Below are positions 12,045 through 22,505 of a stretch of 50,784 bases of DNA, piece after piece. Location of the stretch: the NCBI GenBank assembly GCA_021432655.1, contig MU271287.1:55631-106414 (forward strand), written 5' to 3'. A program made the translations under genes and the position numbers. Source of the DNA: Atractiella rhizophila. Its lineage: Eukaryota. A model generated the notes under the pieces. It made no database searches, was not told the DNA's origin, and worked only from the letters and a program-made list of their open reading frames with translations. Each line of letters starts with the position of its first letter. The first letter of the stretch is position 1.

Positions 12045-13642
12045 TCACGACAAGTGACCCACGGTCAACATGTAATATGGTTGAATATTCTGGGAAAATG
12101 GTATGTCAAGTTTCATGGCGCGGAAGCGAAAGAGAGAGGATGGAGATGGTGTGATATATTGATTAGAGGGGGGGACGAAGGAGGAAGTTTCTTCAGCTGA
12201 GAAAACGTCGATCTTGAGCTTGAGCGAGAGATGTTCTAGCAATGGCGGAATTGGGGAGATTAAGGTGAAGCGGGGGGGCATAGAGTGAGGTATCGCAAGG
12301 TATGGGGGAGGGAGAAAGACGAGAGTGGCCGATACTCTTGAAGCGTCGTACTGGGCGTCCAGCATCAGGGAACCGGCTTAGGCAAGCAAGTTTTTTCTTG
12401 ATTGAAGGGGCTTCGTTCCAATAAGGAGCCGAAGCTCTCCTCCAGTACTTGCAGATATTGGCGAGGATATCGGCATTGTCTCCGAGGAAAGTAAAGATTA
12501 GAGAGAGGAGCTCGTTAGGCAGTCTTGATATAGAATGCCATGATGGATCACTTCGTTGATAGCCCTGCAGAGACATTTGCAGAATGCCTGCAGCTCCGTT
12601 GGAAGCTCGGGAGGTCTGATGGCTCGAAGTCAGGGACTGAGACGATTTTGAAGGAGTATACGGCGACGGGTGCAAAGAGGGCCAGAGAGCGATCTTCTGG
12701 AAGGTTCACCACAGACCCACTTGTAGCATCGAAAGAGCTTCACCTGTGAATCCGAAAGGTAAATCTAAAGTGATCTCGAGACCCAGAATTTGTGGAGATA
12801 GGAGAGATAGGATAGAGGGAAGAAAGGAGAGATGAAGTGACATGCATGATTTCAAGAGGGTAATGAGGTGGGAACACGGCGAGTGAAAGGGGGCTCGTAG
12901 TCGTATTCCTGGTTGCAGAGTAATCCCACTGGACGACAAAGAGGGCCGATAAACAAATCAAGCTGTACACCGCTGGTGAACACCAACATCGCCGTGAAAT
13001 CTTACACGCCGAAATTGCAAGCAGTTGGATTTTCGCTGAAATCAGAACACTGCCAAATGGCTGCTTTGCGCACCAATAATCCAATGCTTGGAGCACTGCG
13101 ATGGTGCTGCGTCTCAGCAAGGTGAAAAAGCTCTGCTTTGGAGCCGCTGTAGTGCCTACTGCAGTCAAACTTAGTATCCGAAAAGCCTCAGGACATCGTG
13201 CAGCAATATTTTCGCTGTCCAGCAGGCTGCAGGGCAAGGCTGCAACCGTTTCTCTTTCCGCGTTGGCGTTTGCGGCCCCAGGGGATCTTTGCCCTCTCCC
13301 ATTCCAGGGCCCGTCTCGTCCTCGAGTAAGAAAATGGTCTCCATCCCCAGTAGTCCCAAGAACGGCCTCATGGTCCCTTTCGATCCCAGGGAATTGACGA
13401 ATCTCCTCAAGTGATATAGAACTTCAAGCGGCACAAGGCGGATGAGTGGGAGAAGGCATACGCTGAAGATACCAAGCTTGGGATCTGGCTGAAGTGTGTG
13501 CATCTGATCTCAATCGAGAGGAAGCAAAGTAGTTATTACTTAAACAGCTGCACTCGTGCGTTGCCTCTCTGATGCAAGAGGCGAGCATCATCACGACTTG
13601 TGATCGATATGATGCACTTGTGCGTATTCTCGGAAACCACAC
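12045..13642 (-). pseudogene. Degenerate F-box/LRR-like gene fragments
   Basis: Clear F-box ISRLPNELLSLIFTFL..LANICKYWRR at ~12410-12535, flanked by LRR-like fragments (LEHLSLKL, LGLEITLDL) in different frames with stops. I could not find a consistent splice model; boundaries are approximate. Confidence 0.5.
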
Positions 13643-14114
13643 ATTTCAGGTCAGTTCCCATGCAGACGTGCCGAACGGGACAGGGACAGACTGTTGTTGA
13701 GCAGCGAAGGACATGTTTTCAACCTAAAACTGGAACAAGGGAAACATAGGCGAAAATCACTTCAGGACTATGATTTACGTCGTTAAGACTGAGTACTGAA
13801 CGTTGAACTTTGCAACAATTGGCCCTGATCGATCTAGATAAAGGCATGCTTGTATGATGCAGCTGAATGGCTCATCTGAACCGTCTAAATTGTACAATAA
13901 ATATTTGCCACCAAGGCCTAGCCAACAAACAAAGGATGAAGAATACAAGACAGCTGTGCAGACTTGCCAAGGGATACGAAGCGCCGAAGCAAAGGGCGGG
14001 GCGATTGTTGCTCTTTCCCAAGGTCCCTGGCTCACTCTCCTCCACGCCCTTACTAGAAGTCGACAACGACCCATCGAAACTGTTATGTCACTTCTCTCCT
14101 GCTTCTCTGTAACG

Positions 14115-14146
14115 TGCGGATTGCGGAATTGCGGATTGCGGAATTG
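14115..14146. repeat. Short tandem repeat (TGCGGAT TGCGGAAT)x2
   Basis: The sequence tgcggattgcggaattgcggattgcggaattg is directly visible. Confidence 0.8.
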
Positions 14147-14407
14147 TGAATGGGATGTGAAAGGAAAATATTCCTGACCGGCAACATAATGAGGGAAAGC
14201 GAAAGCGCTTGCCAGCGCGAGTTGGTGTGTCATTCTGCATCCACAGGTGAGTTGACATGGTTGTATACGTGTAAATTATTCGCATTATTCTAGTATTGGA
14301 CATCTGTGTATGTTCCATTGACGTTGTTGGCTTCAGGATTGCGGCGCGCTCGTTGCTATGCGTTTCTTTTCTGATCAACGTTGGTGGAGAGCTCTAAACG
14401 TTGAGTG

Positions 14408-15826
14408 CATTCATAATCGATGCATAATCCATCACTTAGGTTCCATACGGATTGTAAATGGCGAAAAGCTCGAGGAGGAAATCACTTAATGTCGCTTCTT
14501 TACTCCTCTCTTCGTCCAGAGCAGGTTGAGCACCTCCTTGGCTGAGTGTGCGAAGGGTGTCCTCAAAGTCCCTCACCTTCGGCGAAGGCGCTTCGTCATA
14601 TCCGCTTGCCTTTCCCGTCTTCTCTGTCTGATGCATTCTTAGTTCATCGGTATTAGCGTCAATCAAGTGAAATAGAGCTCACAAGCTCTATTTGCCTGAG
14701 CTCGTCGTCGAAAGCTTCGAGTGCTTCCACACATGTGAACCACCTCCAACTGAGAAATTTCATCTGACGAATTACACTGTGGCTGGTTTGAGCGGTCACA
14801 AGAAGTCAGCTCCAGCTTACATCGTAATGTACGGCGCCATTTCGGGATGTCGTGACATATAATGTGCAACATTTCTGAATCCACCTGGTAGTTCGTGTAT
14901 CTAACCGTCAATATTGATCAGATTATTTGATGGAGTTGGTAAGCGTACGGCATTCAATGCAGTTTGTTCGTGATTCGGAGAAAGTAAAGTATTATTCTTC
15001 GAGACCCATTTGATGGCGGTAATGGCGGAAGTGTACGTCAAAACGCCTCGAATTATAGCGTCAAGGCGAGGTTGTGCTTGCTTTTGAAGTTCGTCCACAA
15101 TTCTGTTCGCCGGGAATATGTGCGCAGCTTCGTCGAGACGTTTCAACCAACGTGCAGCTGCCTTGAAGTAATGCGTGAGGATTATGTATGTGGAAGAGCT
15201 GCCTTCTGCTTCCCCTGTCGAGCGGAAAGTAAAGGTGCTGTACATGTCCGGCGCAACAAATTTTGGCGCAAATTCCAGATACGTTTCGCGCCAAGTTTTG
15301 AGGAAGTCTAAGGCGTCAGAGGTCTCGAGTAGAAGGAGCTCCGTTGATAGCTCGTCTCCTTCACGGAGAATGCTTCCTGAGGACGTGAAGCTTAGCCTTC
15401 TAGATTAACGGAAAGAGTTGACGAACCCAACAAACACAAGTTTCGGTGTATACACTCTGTGCAGGCAATGAGTTTTCGTTCGGCTGCTTCTGATCCATCT
15501 CCGTCGATGGGCGTGTTGAGCATAGAACGAGGATGGAGAAGTAATTCATACTCGAACGTCGAGTATTGGTAATACTTGCGGTAGTGCTGCTCTGTTCTGG
15601 CGCAAAACTGATTATCTGCCAGTTTTCAGAGTTGTTAGCTTACAATAGCAGGGTTCCAGTTTGAAAATTCAAGTGATTGTCAATCTGTGAACAGCCTTAG
15701 GGAATGATAGGGAACTCGACCAATATTGCATACTTGGACAATGTAAACAAAGTAGAGGCGAACCAGCTCTTGCTTGTCTTTCACATCTGATTTGTGCCAA
15801 ACAAAGTCAAAATGTTGGAGGCATAA
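14408..15826. repeat. Tandem duplication unit A (1419 bp)
   Basis: Direct repeat of 15827-17245 at a constant offset of 1419 (paired ORFs 14436/15855, 14663/16082, 14901/16320). About 97% identical by eye. Confidence 0.95.
14436..15826 (-). pseudogene. 5'-truncated duplicate (or alternate allele) of the 3' half of the Zn2Cys6 TF gene
   Basis: Carries only the exons from LCLQHFDFVWH to ...FAIYNPYGT*. It has no start codon, DNA-binding domain or promoter of its own. Confidence 0.7.
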
Positions 15827-17245
15827 CATTCATAATCGATGCATAATCCATCACTTAGGTTCCATACGGATTGTAAATGGCGAAAAGCTCGAGGAGGAAA
15901 TCACTTAATGTCGCTTCTTTATTCCTCTCTTCATCCGGAGCAGGTTGAGCACCTCCTTGGCTGAGTGTGCAAAGGGTGTCCTCAAAGTCCCTCAGCTTCG
16001 GCGAAGGCGCTTCGCCATATCCGTTTGCTTTTCCCGTCTTCTCTGTCTGATGCATTCTCAGTTCATCGTTATTAGCGTCAATCAACTGAAATGGAGCTCA
16101 CAAGCTCTATTTGCCTGAGCTCGTCGTCGAAAGCTTCGAGTGCTTCCACACATGTGAACCACCTCCAACTGAGAAATTTCATCTGACGAATTACACTGTG
16201 GCTGGTTTGAGCGGTTACAAGACGTCAGCTCCAGCTTACATCGTAATGTACGGCGCCATTTCAGGATGTCGTGACATGTAATGTGCAACATTTCTGAATC
16301 CACCTGGCAGTTCGTGTATCTAACCGTCAATATTTATCAGATTATTTGATGGAGTTGGTAAGCGTACGGCATTCAATGCTGTTTGTTCGTGATTCGGAGA
16401 AAGTAAAGTATTATTCTTCGAGACCCATTTGATGGCGGTAATGGCGGAAGTATACGTCAAAACGCCTCGAATTACAGCGTCAAGGCGGGGTTGTGCTTGC
16501 TTTTGAAGCTCGTCCACAATTCTGTTTGCCGGGAATATGCGCGAAGCTTCGTTGAGACGTTTCAACCAACGTGCAGCCGCCTTGAAATAATGCGTGAGGA
16601 TCATGTATGTGGAAGAGCTGCCTTCCGCTTCTCCTGTCGAGCGGAAAGTAAAGGTGCTGTACATGTTAGGCGCAACAAATTTTGGCGCAAATTCCAGATA
16701 CGTTTCGCGCCAGGTTTTGAGGAAGTCTAAGGCGTCAGAGGTCTCGAGTAGAAGGAGCTCCGTTGATAGCTCGTCCCCTTCACGGAGAATGCTTCCTGAG
16801 GACGTGAAGCTTAGCCTTCTAGATTAACGGAAAGAGTTGACGAACCCAATAAACACAAGTTTCGGTGTATGCACTCTGTGCAGGCAATGAGTTTTCGTTC
16901 GGCTGCTTCTGATCCATCTCCGTCGATAGGCGTGTTGAGCATAGAACGAGGATGGAGAAGTAATTCATACTCGAACGTCGAGTATTGGTAATACTTGCGG
17001 TAGTGCTGCTCTGTTCTGGCGCAAAACTGATTATCTGCCAGTTTTCAGAGTTGTTAGCTTACAATAGCAGGGTTCCAGTTTGAAAATTCAAGTGATTGTC
17101 AATCTGTGAACAGCCTTAGGGAATGATAGGGAACTCGACCAATATTGCATACTTGGACAATGTAAACAAAGTAGAGGCGAACCAGCTCTTGCTTGTCTTT
17201 CACATCTGATTTGTGCCAAACAAAGTCAAAATGTTGGAGGCATAA
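15827..17245. repeat. Tandem duplication unit A' (1419 bp)
   Basis: Begins cattcataatcgatg and ends aatgttggaggcataa, exactly like unit A. Confidence 0.95.
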
Positions 17246-18158
17246 GAGTAAGACGTCCCTAGCGATATGAGGCGCTCTAGAAATTGAGCAAAAACTGTGC
17301 ACAGTCCTGAGGAGGATCATGACGCTAAATTCTGTTGCTTGCTGAACGGGAGATTTCCAATCCAAAGCAAGTGAGAAAGCTTGAAGCTGCAATGCTCGGA
17401 CCGCTGCGTGTCGCTGGCGGCCGACAGTGCGATAATCGTCAATAGGGAAGCCATCTGCCGGAGGAAAAGATGTTGTGGAAGTAGTCCCCAGAAATTCGGA
17501 ATGTGGCGACAATTGAGCTGCAACGCCAAAGCAGTACGCAAGGAGATTTGTGACGCAGCCGTTAAAAGCATCTGGTCTTAGTTTGAGCTCATCATATGTA
17601 GTGAACCCACGATCCTTCATTTTCTCGATCAGCGGAGCGTCAAAGATATTGGTTGCCTGTTCACGTTTTGCGAGTTCTAAAAGGTGTTGCCCCACTAGGC
17701 GAGCTCTCTGAAGCGTCATTAGTTGATTGCTGGTGGTAGAGGCAGCGAGAGTGATGTGATGTAATCGATTGCTTTGCTCTGACGAAGTAGAAACGATTGT
17801 TTTGTGATGATTCCTTCTCTCCGACTTTCTTTTAGGCTGCCGCATGATATCCTTGACTAGATCGGCTGAGCTGGAATATCTGTCTTGAAGCTTGTTTGTT
17901 TCCACCCTGGCCATATACCAACCGCTCAGACTCCTCACGTCATATGGACATTTCTACGCACCCTTTTTGCCTTTTCCGAAGAATTGGTCGATAGGAATGT
18001 TCGCATCTGTCAAATCACACATTTTACAGGACGAATATTATTGACATTAAGTTCACTTACGATTCATTGTCAGCTAGACAGCGTAAACATGCCATTGATG
18101 AAGCTTTTCTCAAGCAATGAAAATCATGTTTCTGGCACCTTTTGCACTTAGAAGTCAT
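15855..18158 (-). CDS. Zn(II)2Cys6 binuclear-cluster transcription factor, multi-exon
   Basis: Exon 1 (18158-18061) spliced to exon 2 (18006-17962) gives MTSKCKRCQKHDFHCLRKASSMACLRCLADNESCEH, i.e. C-x2-C-x6-C-x8-C-x2-C-x6-C. Exon 3 starts at 17906 in the frame of ORF 17099-17938. Further exons run to the stop at 15855. Confidence 0.82.
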
Positions 18159-18713
18159 TGTTTCTTCTGGCAGGCAACTTTTGGGCAAGAAATCTAAGCA
18201 GATCGAAAGGTATTTGTGGCAACCGATTATTCGTAGCAAAAAAATCATGAACTGGAGCAACTGCCTATTTCTTTTTCGATGCTGACAAGACTGCCACGAT
18301 CTTTAAGTCACTGCCCACTGTACGACAATACAATAGTGAACGATATCGAACCATGCATATCACAGACAAACACAGACCGAAGAGGTTCCTTCCGTAACTG
18401 TCGTTGTGGTGCAACCAGGTGAAAAGCAGGGTGAAAACGTCTTTGAACGCTTAAACTCAAGGCTGCGGTTTTCCGAACTCACACGGAAATGCTCTGATGA
18501 GGTAACTACGGTGCGTGTGTATCGAAGTCATCCAATGTGCTTTGTCCTCTATTTCTACAGATCGCTGATTCTACTCATGTAAAGGCACAGATGAGGAGGA
18601 GCATCATAGCTGAGCGCTGAGCTTAGCACGAACGAGGAAGATCTTCAACCCATCTAAACCGAAAAACAGAGAACATAACAATCTCAACTACACTGTAACC
18701 ACTATACAATTAC

Positions 18714-19029
18714 TTTCCAGCTGAATCCTTAATGATGAATCGAAATTATAGCGATCACGACAGAGCTGGAGATAAAGAGACTGAACCAACCGCGATGGCC
18801 CCGAAGCAATTATCGGCTGGTTCATGAATTGTCCCACACTCGAACAGTGACCTTTCCGCCCATCAATCAGCCACACGGAGAGCTCCCAGTGACTCCCCAG
18901 AGTGTATTGAATACAAAGTTAGTCCCCTCCGTGTTTTTTCTTGCAGCAGACGGTGAGCCTAGTGGGTCCTTTCTCCAAGGGGTTAACCATCATCTCTGCG
19001 CACTAAGTGGGCCGTTAGGTGACTGTCTG
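18714..19029. ncRNA. Candidate structured non-coding RNA/UTR element (unidentified); second copy at ~21857-22172
   Basis: Four consecutive inverted-repeat helices: 18716-22/18764-70, 18782-88/18818-24, 18873-80/18927-34, and 18947-65/19012-29. Much more conserved between the duplicate copies than the adjacent flank; no convincing ORF. Confidence 0.35.
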
Positions 19030-19355
19030 GATCTCACGAGGGTAGGACGTCCCCTCTCCTCTTCAGTCAGTTGCATATTTCCTGCGTCTTTTCCACTGGC
19101 GGGAAAGCTTTGAGCATCCACCACTTCACATGTCGCCTTCTATAACCTTAAAGAGGGGTAGCAAATTCGAAGGCAGAGGTGGGGAATGAAGATGACTTTT
19201 GAACGGAGGAGATGGAGACGCGAAGGGAAAGAATCAATTGGAGGAGGACGGATGTGCTGGTATTCGCTGATTCGTATCCATCTGCAACATTGTGCGTCAC
19301 AATGCATTCCAAATTGCACAAGAGGAACATACACTGCGCCGAAATGCTGAATGCA

Positions 19356-20282
19356 TCACTCAGGCTCATTGAATCTCCTCAACAATTCCTTCTGCTGCAT
19401 TTCCTCCAACTTTACTTTCAACCTCACATCTTTAGCTTTCACAATCTTCTCTTTCTCCTTCCCTCCCCCATCCTCCTTCCGTTTATCAATCCACGCCCCC
19501 TTCTTCTCCTCAGCCAATCCTCCACGTCCTTCTCGCACCCACGCACGAACGGGCACCTTGCTCCCTTCCCCCTCTCTACCCAATCCATCTCCTTCTTTCC
19601 AGCCAAGACCTGCAAGCATTTTCCAGCCTAAATTAGTGCTCTTCAGCCCGTATTGGGTCGTCATTTCGACAGAGGGAGCGGTGGCAAGGAGATGAGATAT
19701 TGAGGTGGCGTGCGTAGTGGCGGAGTCGATCGTGGTATTGCAGATTGGACAGATTGGGAGTGGCACATCTCCCGTCGATGGTGTGGGAGATGTGGATGGC
19801 TTTGGAGCTGCGTGTATCGTGGTAGAGAGGTATACGATGTCGTCGTCTTCTTCGACAGCCTCCGATGGCGACGATTCCCGCCTTAGTTCTAATGATGGAG
19901 AGATAATCTGAATTTCATCGTCGTCCTCCCACTCCTTCTTCTTCCCGCCCTCTTTCCGTGTTGCATGCCGAACCTCCTTAACGAACATAACTTCCTCTTC
20001 CTCCTCTCGCTTCCGCTTCCTCGACGCATCTTCTAAAGGCACCTCTTCATACAGTTCTCTCCCCATACCTCCGGCCGCTTTGGAATTAGAAATCGGAGCG
20101 GCTTCGACGGTGGAAAGGTTCTTGCTCGATGAAGAGACGAATTTGATGGGGTGCAGGAACCGAGGTCGATTCCCTCCCTCCCTCTCTGTCGCACGCCACT
20201 CGCGCTCAATTTCTAGTTCGTCGGCTGACTCTTCGCTGTGTCTCGCAGAGAGAGTATTATCGTCAGAGCGTACTCTATGCAT
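19356..20282 (-). CDS. G-patch domain protein with upstream CxxC..H..H finger (GPANK1-like), copy 1
   Basis: CPICNTTIDSATTHATSISHL followed by the G-patch NLGWKMLAGLGWKEGDGLGREGEGSKVPV. Confidence 0.85.
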   Translation of the reverse strand: MHRVRSDDNTLSARHSEESADELEIEREWRATEREGGNRPRFLHPIKFVSSSSKNLSTVEAAPISNSKAAGGMGRELYEEVPLEDASRKRKREEEEEVMFVKEVRHATRKEGGKKKEWEDDDEIQIISPSLELRRESSPSEAVEEDDDIVYLSTTIHAAPKPSTSPTPSTGDVPLPICPICNTTIDSATTHATSISHLLATAPSVEMTTQYGLKSTNLGWKMLAGLGWKEGDGLGREGEGSKVPVRAWVREGRGGLAEEKKGAWIDKRKEDGGGKEKEKIVKAKDVRLKVKLEEMQQKELLRRFNEPE

Positions 20283-21203
20283 GTTGCCTTGGTGCTTGTG
20301 AGGAGTAGTGCAACATCATTATCCGATAGTTCCGAATCACGGATTCCATTTTTGAAATTCGTCTCTCTTGGTCAAACAGAACAGGACCAGAATACAGTAG
20401 CAGAAGGATAACCTGCAAGATAACATAAGAGCTCAGTATTTATTCCCGTTCACCATCCTTAAAGATTATGTGGGCCAAAATGAATGGGAGAAAGGTGGCT
20501 CTGTTGTTCATAATGACTTTGGGACTCGTTCTTGCTTCGGATCAAAGGTGTGTTTCGCTGCTGCACTATTACGAAGGGGCTTGAGAGTGAGTGATTGATT
20601 GATATCGATGGTTGTGTCCACTTTTCTGAAAATGACCTCTGTTTATTCTCGTTCACCACGAGCCATGCAGCTTCGTCAGAGATGCTTATGGCTTCATGCT
20701 CGTGCTCGGCTGTCAGGCTACCACTGTTCCCTGAGTTACCATGATAAATGTTCAGAGTCGATGCTCACATGTATGACCAATATCGAGCGTGATACCGAAA
20801 CTCGGTAGTCCTCATCCTTTGACAGGATAACACCGACTAGCCGGCAAATGAGACAGTAGCTATGCTCAAATTGCCATTTGGTCAAAGAGCACGTAACACG
20901 TCACCACGAGGCTGCTCGCTGCAGTGCTCGCTCTTCAGAGCAATCCCAGATGCAGAGGTGCGGAGGCTCGAGGGCTGTCGCACCGTTTGTGCCGTCTTCG
21001 TTTGGGGTCAATATAGTACTTCCCCACAGTGTATGATTCTCCCCACGTCCTAACGAATCGACTCAAAGTTGTTACATGAGGCGGATGGCATTCTAAACGT
21101 CATCCGTTAGCATGAGGGGATGCCAGGCTAGCTATTTGGGGCTCGTCCAGCTCTTACTTAAAGAGGATGCCGTCCTGCAATTTGAATGTGTGCCTTCCTA
21201 TAC

Positions 21204-21301
21204 GATTCATTGTCAGCTAGACAGCGTAAACATGCCATTGATGAAGCTTTTCTCAAGCAATGAAAATCATGTTTCTGGCACCTTTTGCACTTAGAAGTCA
21301 T
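21204..21301 (-). pseudogene. Orphan duplicate of Zn2Cys6 TF exon 1
   Basis: Identical MTSKCKRCQKHDFHCLRKASSMACLRCLADNES exon. The duplication breakpoint falls 3 nt into intron 1, so the downstream exons are absent. Confidence 0.75.
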
Positions 21302-22505
21302 TGTTTCTTCCAGCAAGCAACTTCTAGGCAAGAAATCTAGGCAGATCGAAAGGTCTTTGCGGCAACCGATTATTCGTAGCAAAAAAAATCAGGAACTGGA
21401 GCAACTGCCTATTTCTTTTGCGATGGTGACAAGACTGCCACAATCTTTAAGTCACTGCCCACTGTACGACAATACAATAGTGAACGATACCGAACGATGC
21501 ATATCACAGACAAACACAGACCGAAGAGGTTCCTTCCGTAACTGTCGTTGTGGTGCAAACAGCTGAAAAGCAGGGTGAAAACGTCTTTGAACGCTTAAAC
21601 TCAAGGCTGCGGTTTTCCGAACTCACACGGAAATGCTCTAATGAGGTAACTACGGTGCGTGTGTATCAAAGTCATCCAATGTGCTTTGTCCTCTATTTCT
21701 ACAGATCGCTGATTCTACTCATCCAAAGGCACAGATGAGGAGGAGCAACATAGCTGAGCGCTGAGCTTAGCACGAACGAGGAAGATCTTCAACCCATCTA
21801 AACCGAAAAACAGAGAACATAACAATCTCAACTACACTGTAACCACTATACAATTACTTTCCAGCTGAATCCTTTAATGATGAATCGAAATTATAGCGAT
21901 CACGACAGAGCTGGAGATAAAGAGACTGAACCAACCGCGATGGCCCCGAAGCAATTATCGGCTGGTTCATGAATTGTCCCACACTCGAACAGTGACCTTT
22001 CCGCCCATCAATCAGCCACACGGAGAGCTCCCAGTGACTCCCCAGAGTGTATTGAATACAAAGTTAGTCCCCTCCGTGTTTTTCTTGCAGCAGACGGTGA
22101 GTCTAGTGGGTCCTTTCTCCAAGGGGTTAACCATCATCTCTGCGCACTAAGTGAGCCGTTAGGTGGCTGTCTGGATCTCCGGCTTGGTCACGAGGTACCC
22201 TCTCCTCTCCAGTCAGGTGCATATTTCCTCCGTCTTTTCCACTGGCGGGAAAGCTTTGGGCATCCACCATTGCACACGTCGTCTTCTATTTAACCTTAAA
22301 GAGGGGTAGCAAAGTCGAAGGCGGAGGTGAGGGAACGAAGATGATTTTTGAACGGAAGAGATGGAGACGCGAAGGGGAAGAATCAATTGGAGGAGGATGG
22401 GCGGCATTGGTACTCGCTGATTCGTATCCCTTTACAGCATCTTTCGTCATAATACATTCCAAATTGCACAAGAGGGACATACACTGCGCAGAAATCCTGA
22501 ATGCC

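Larger units (their letters stand above)
18058..21199. repeat. Tandem duplication unit B (~3.14 kb)
   Basis: Direct repeat of 21201-24345; starts tacgattcattgtcagc and ends gaatgtgtgccttcct. Contains TF exon 1, a conserved non-coding block, the G-patch gene and alpha-galactosidase upstream DNA. Confidence 0.95.

Noticed and set aside
13775..14378. Overlapping 60-150 aa ORFs
   Set aside because: No recognisable motifs or coherent splice model; treated as chance ORFs.
18975..18992. Telomerase template or U6atac-like motif (TAACCCC on - strand)
   Set aside because: It is not 1.5 copies of a TTAGGG template, I found no pseudoknot, and the U6atac resemblance is only superficial.
19070..19135. 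snR30/U17-like 3' hairpin (GCATATTTCCT...ACCA..ACA)
   Set aside because: The m1/m2 motifs do not match the required UCCUA/CCAUG, the spacing to ACA is wrong, and the two copies differ at these positions.
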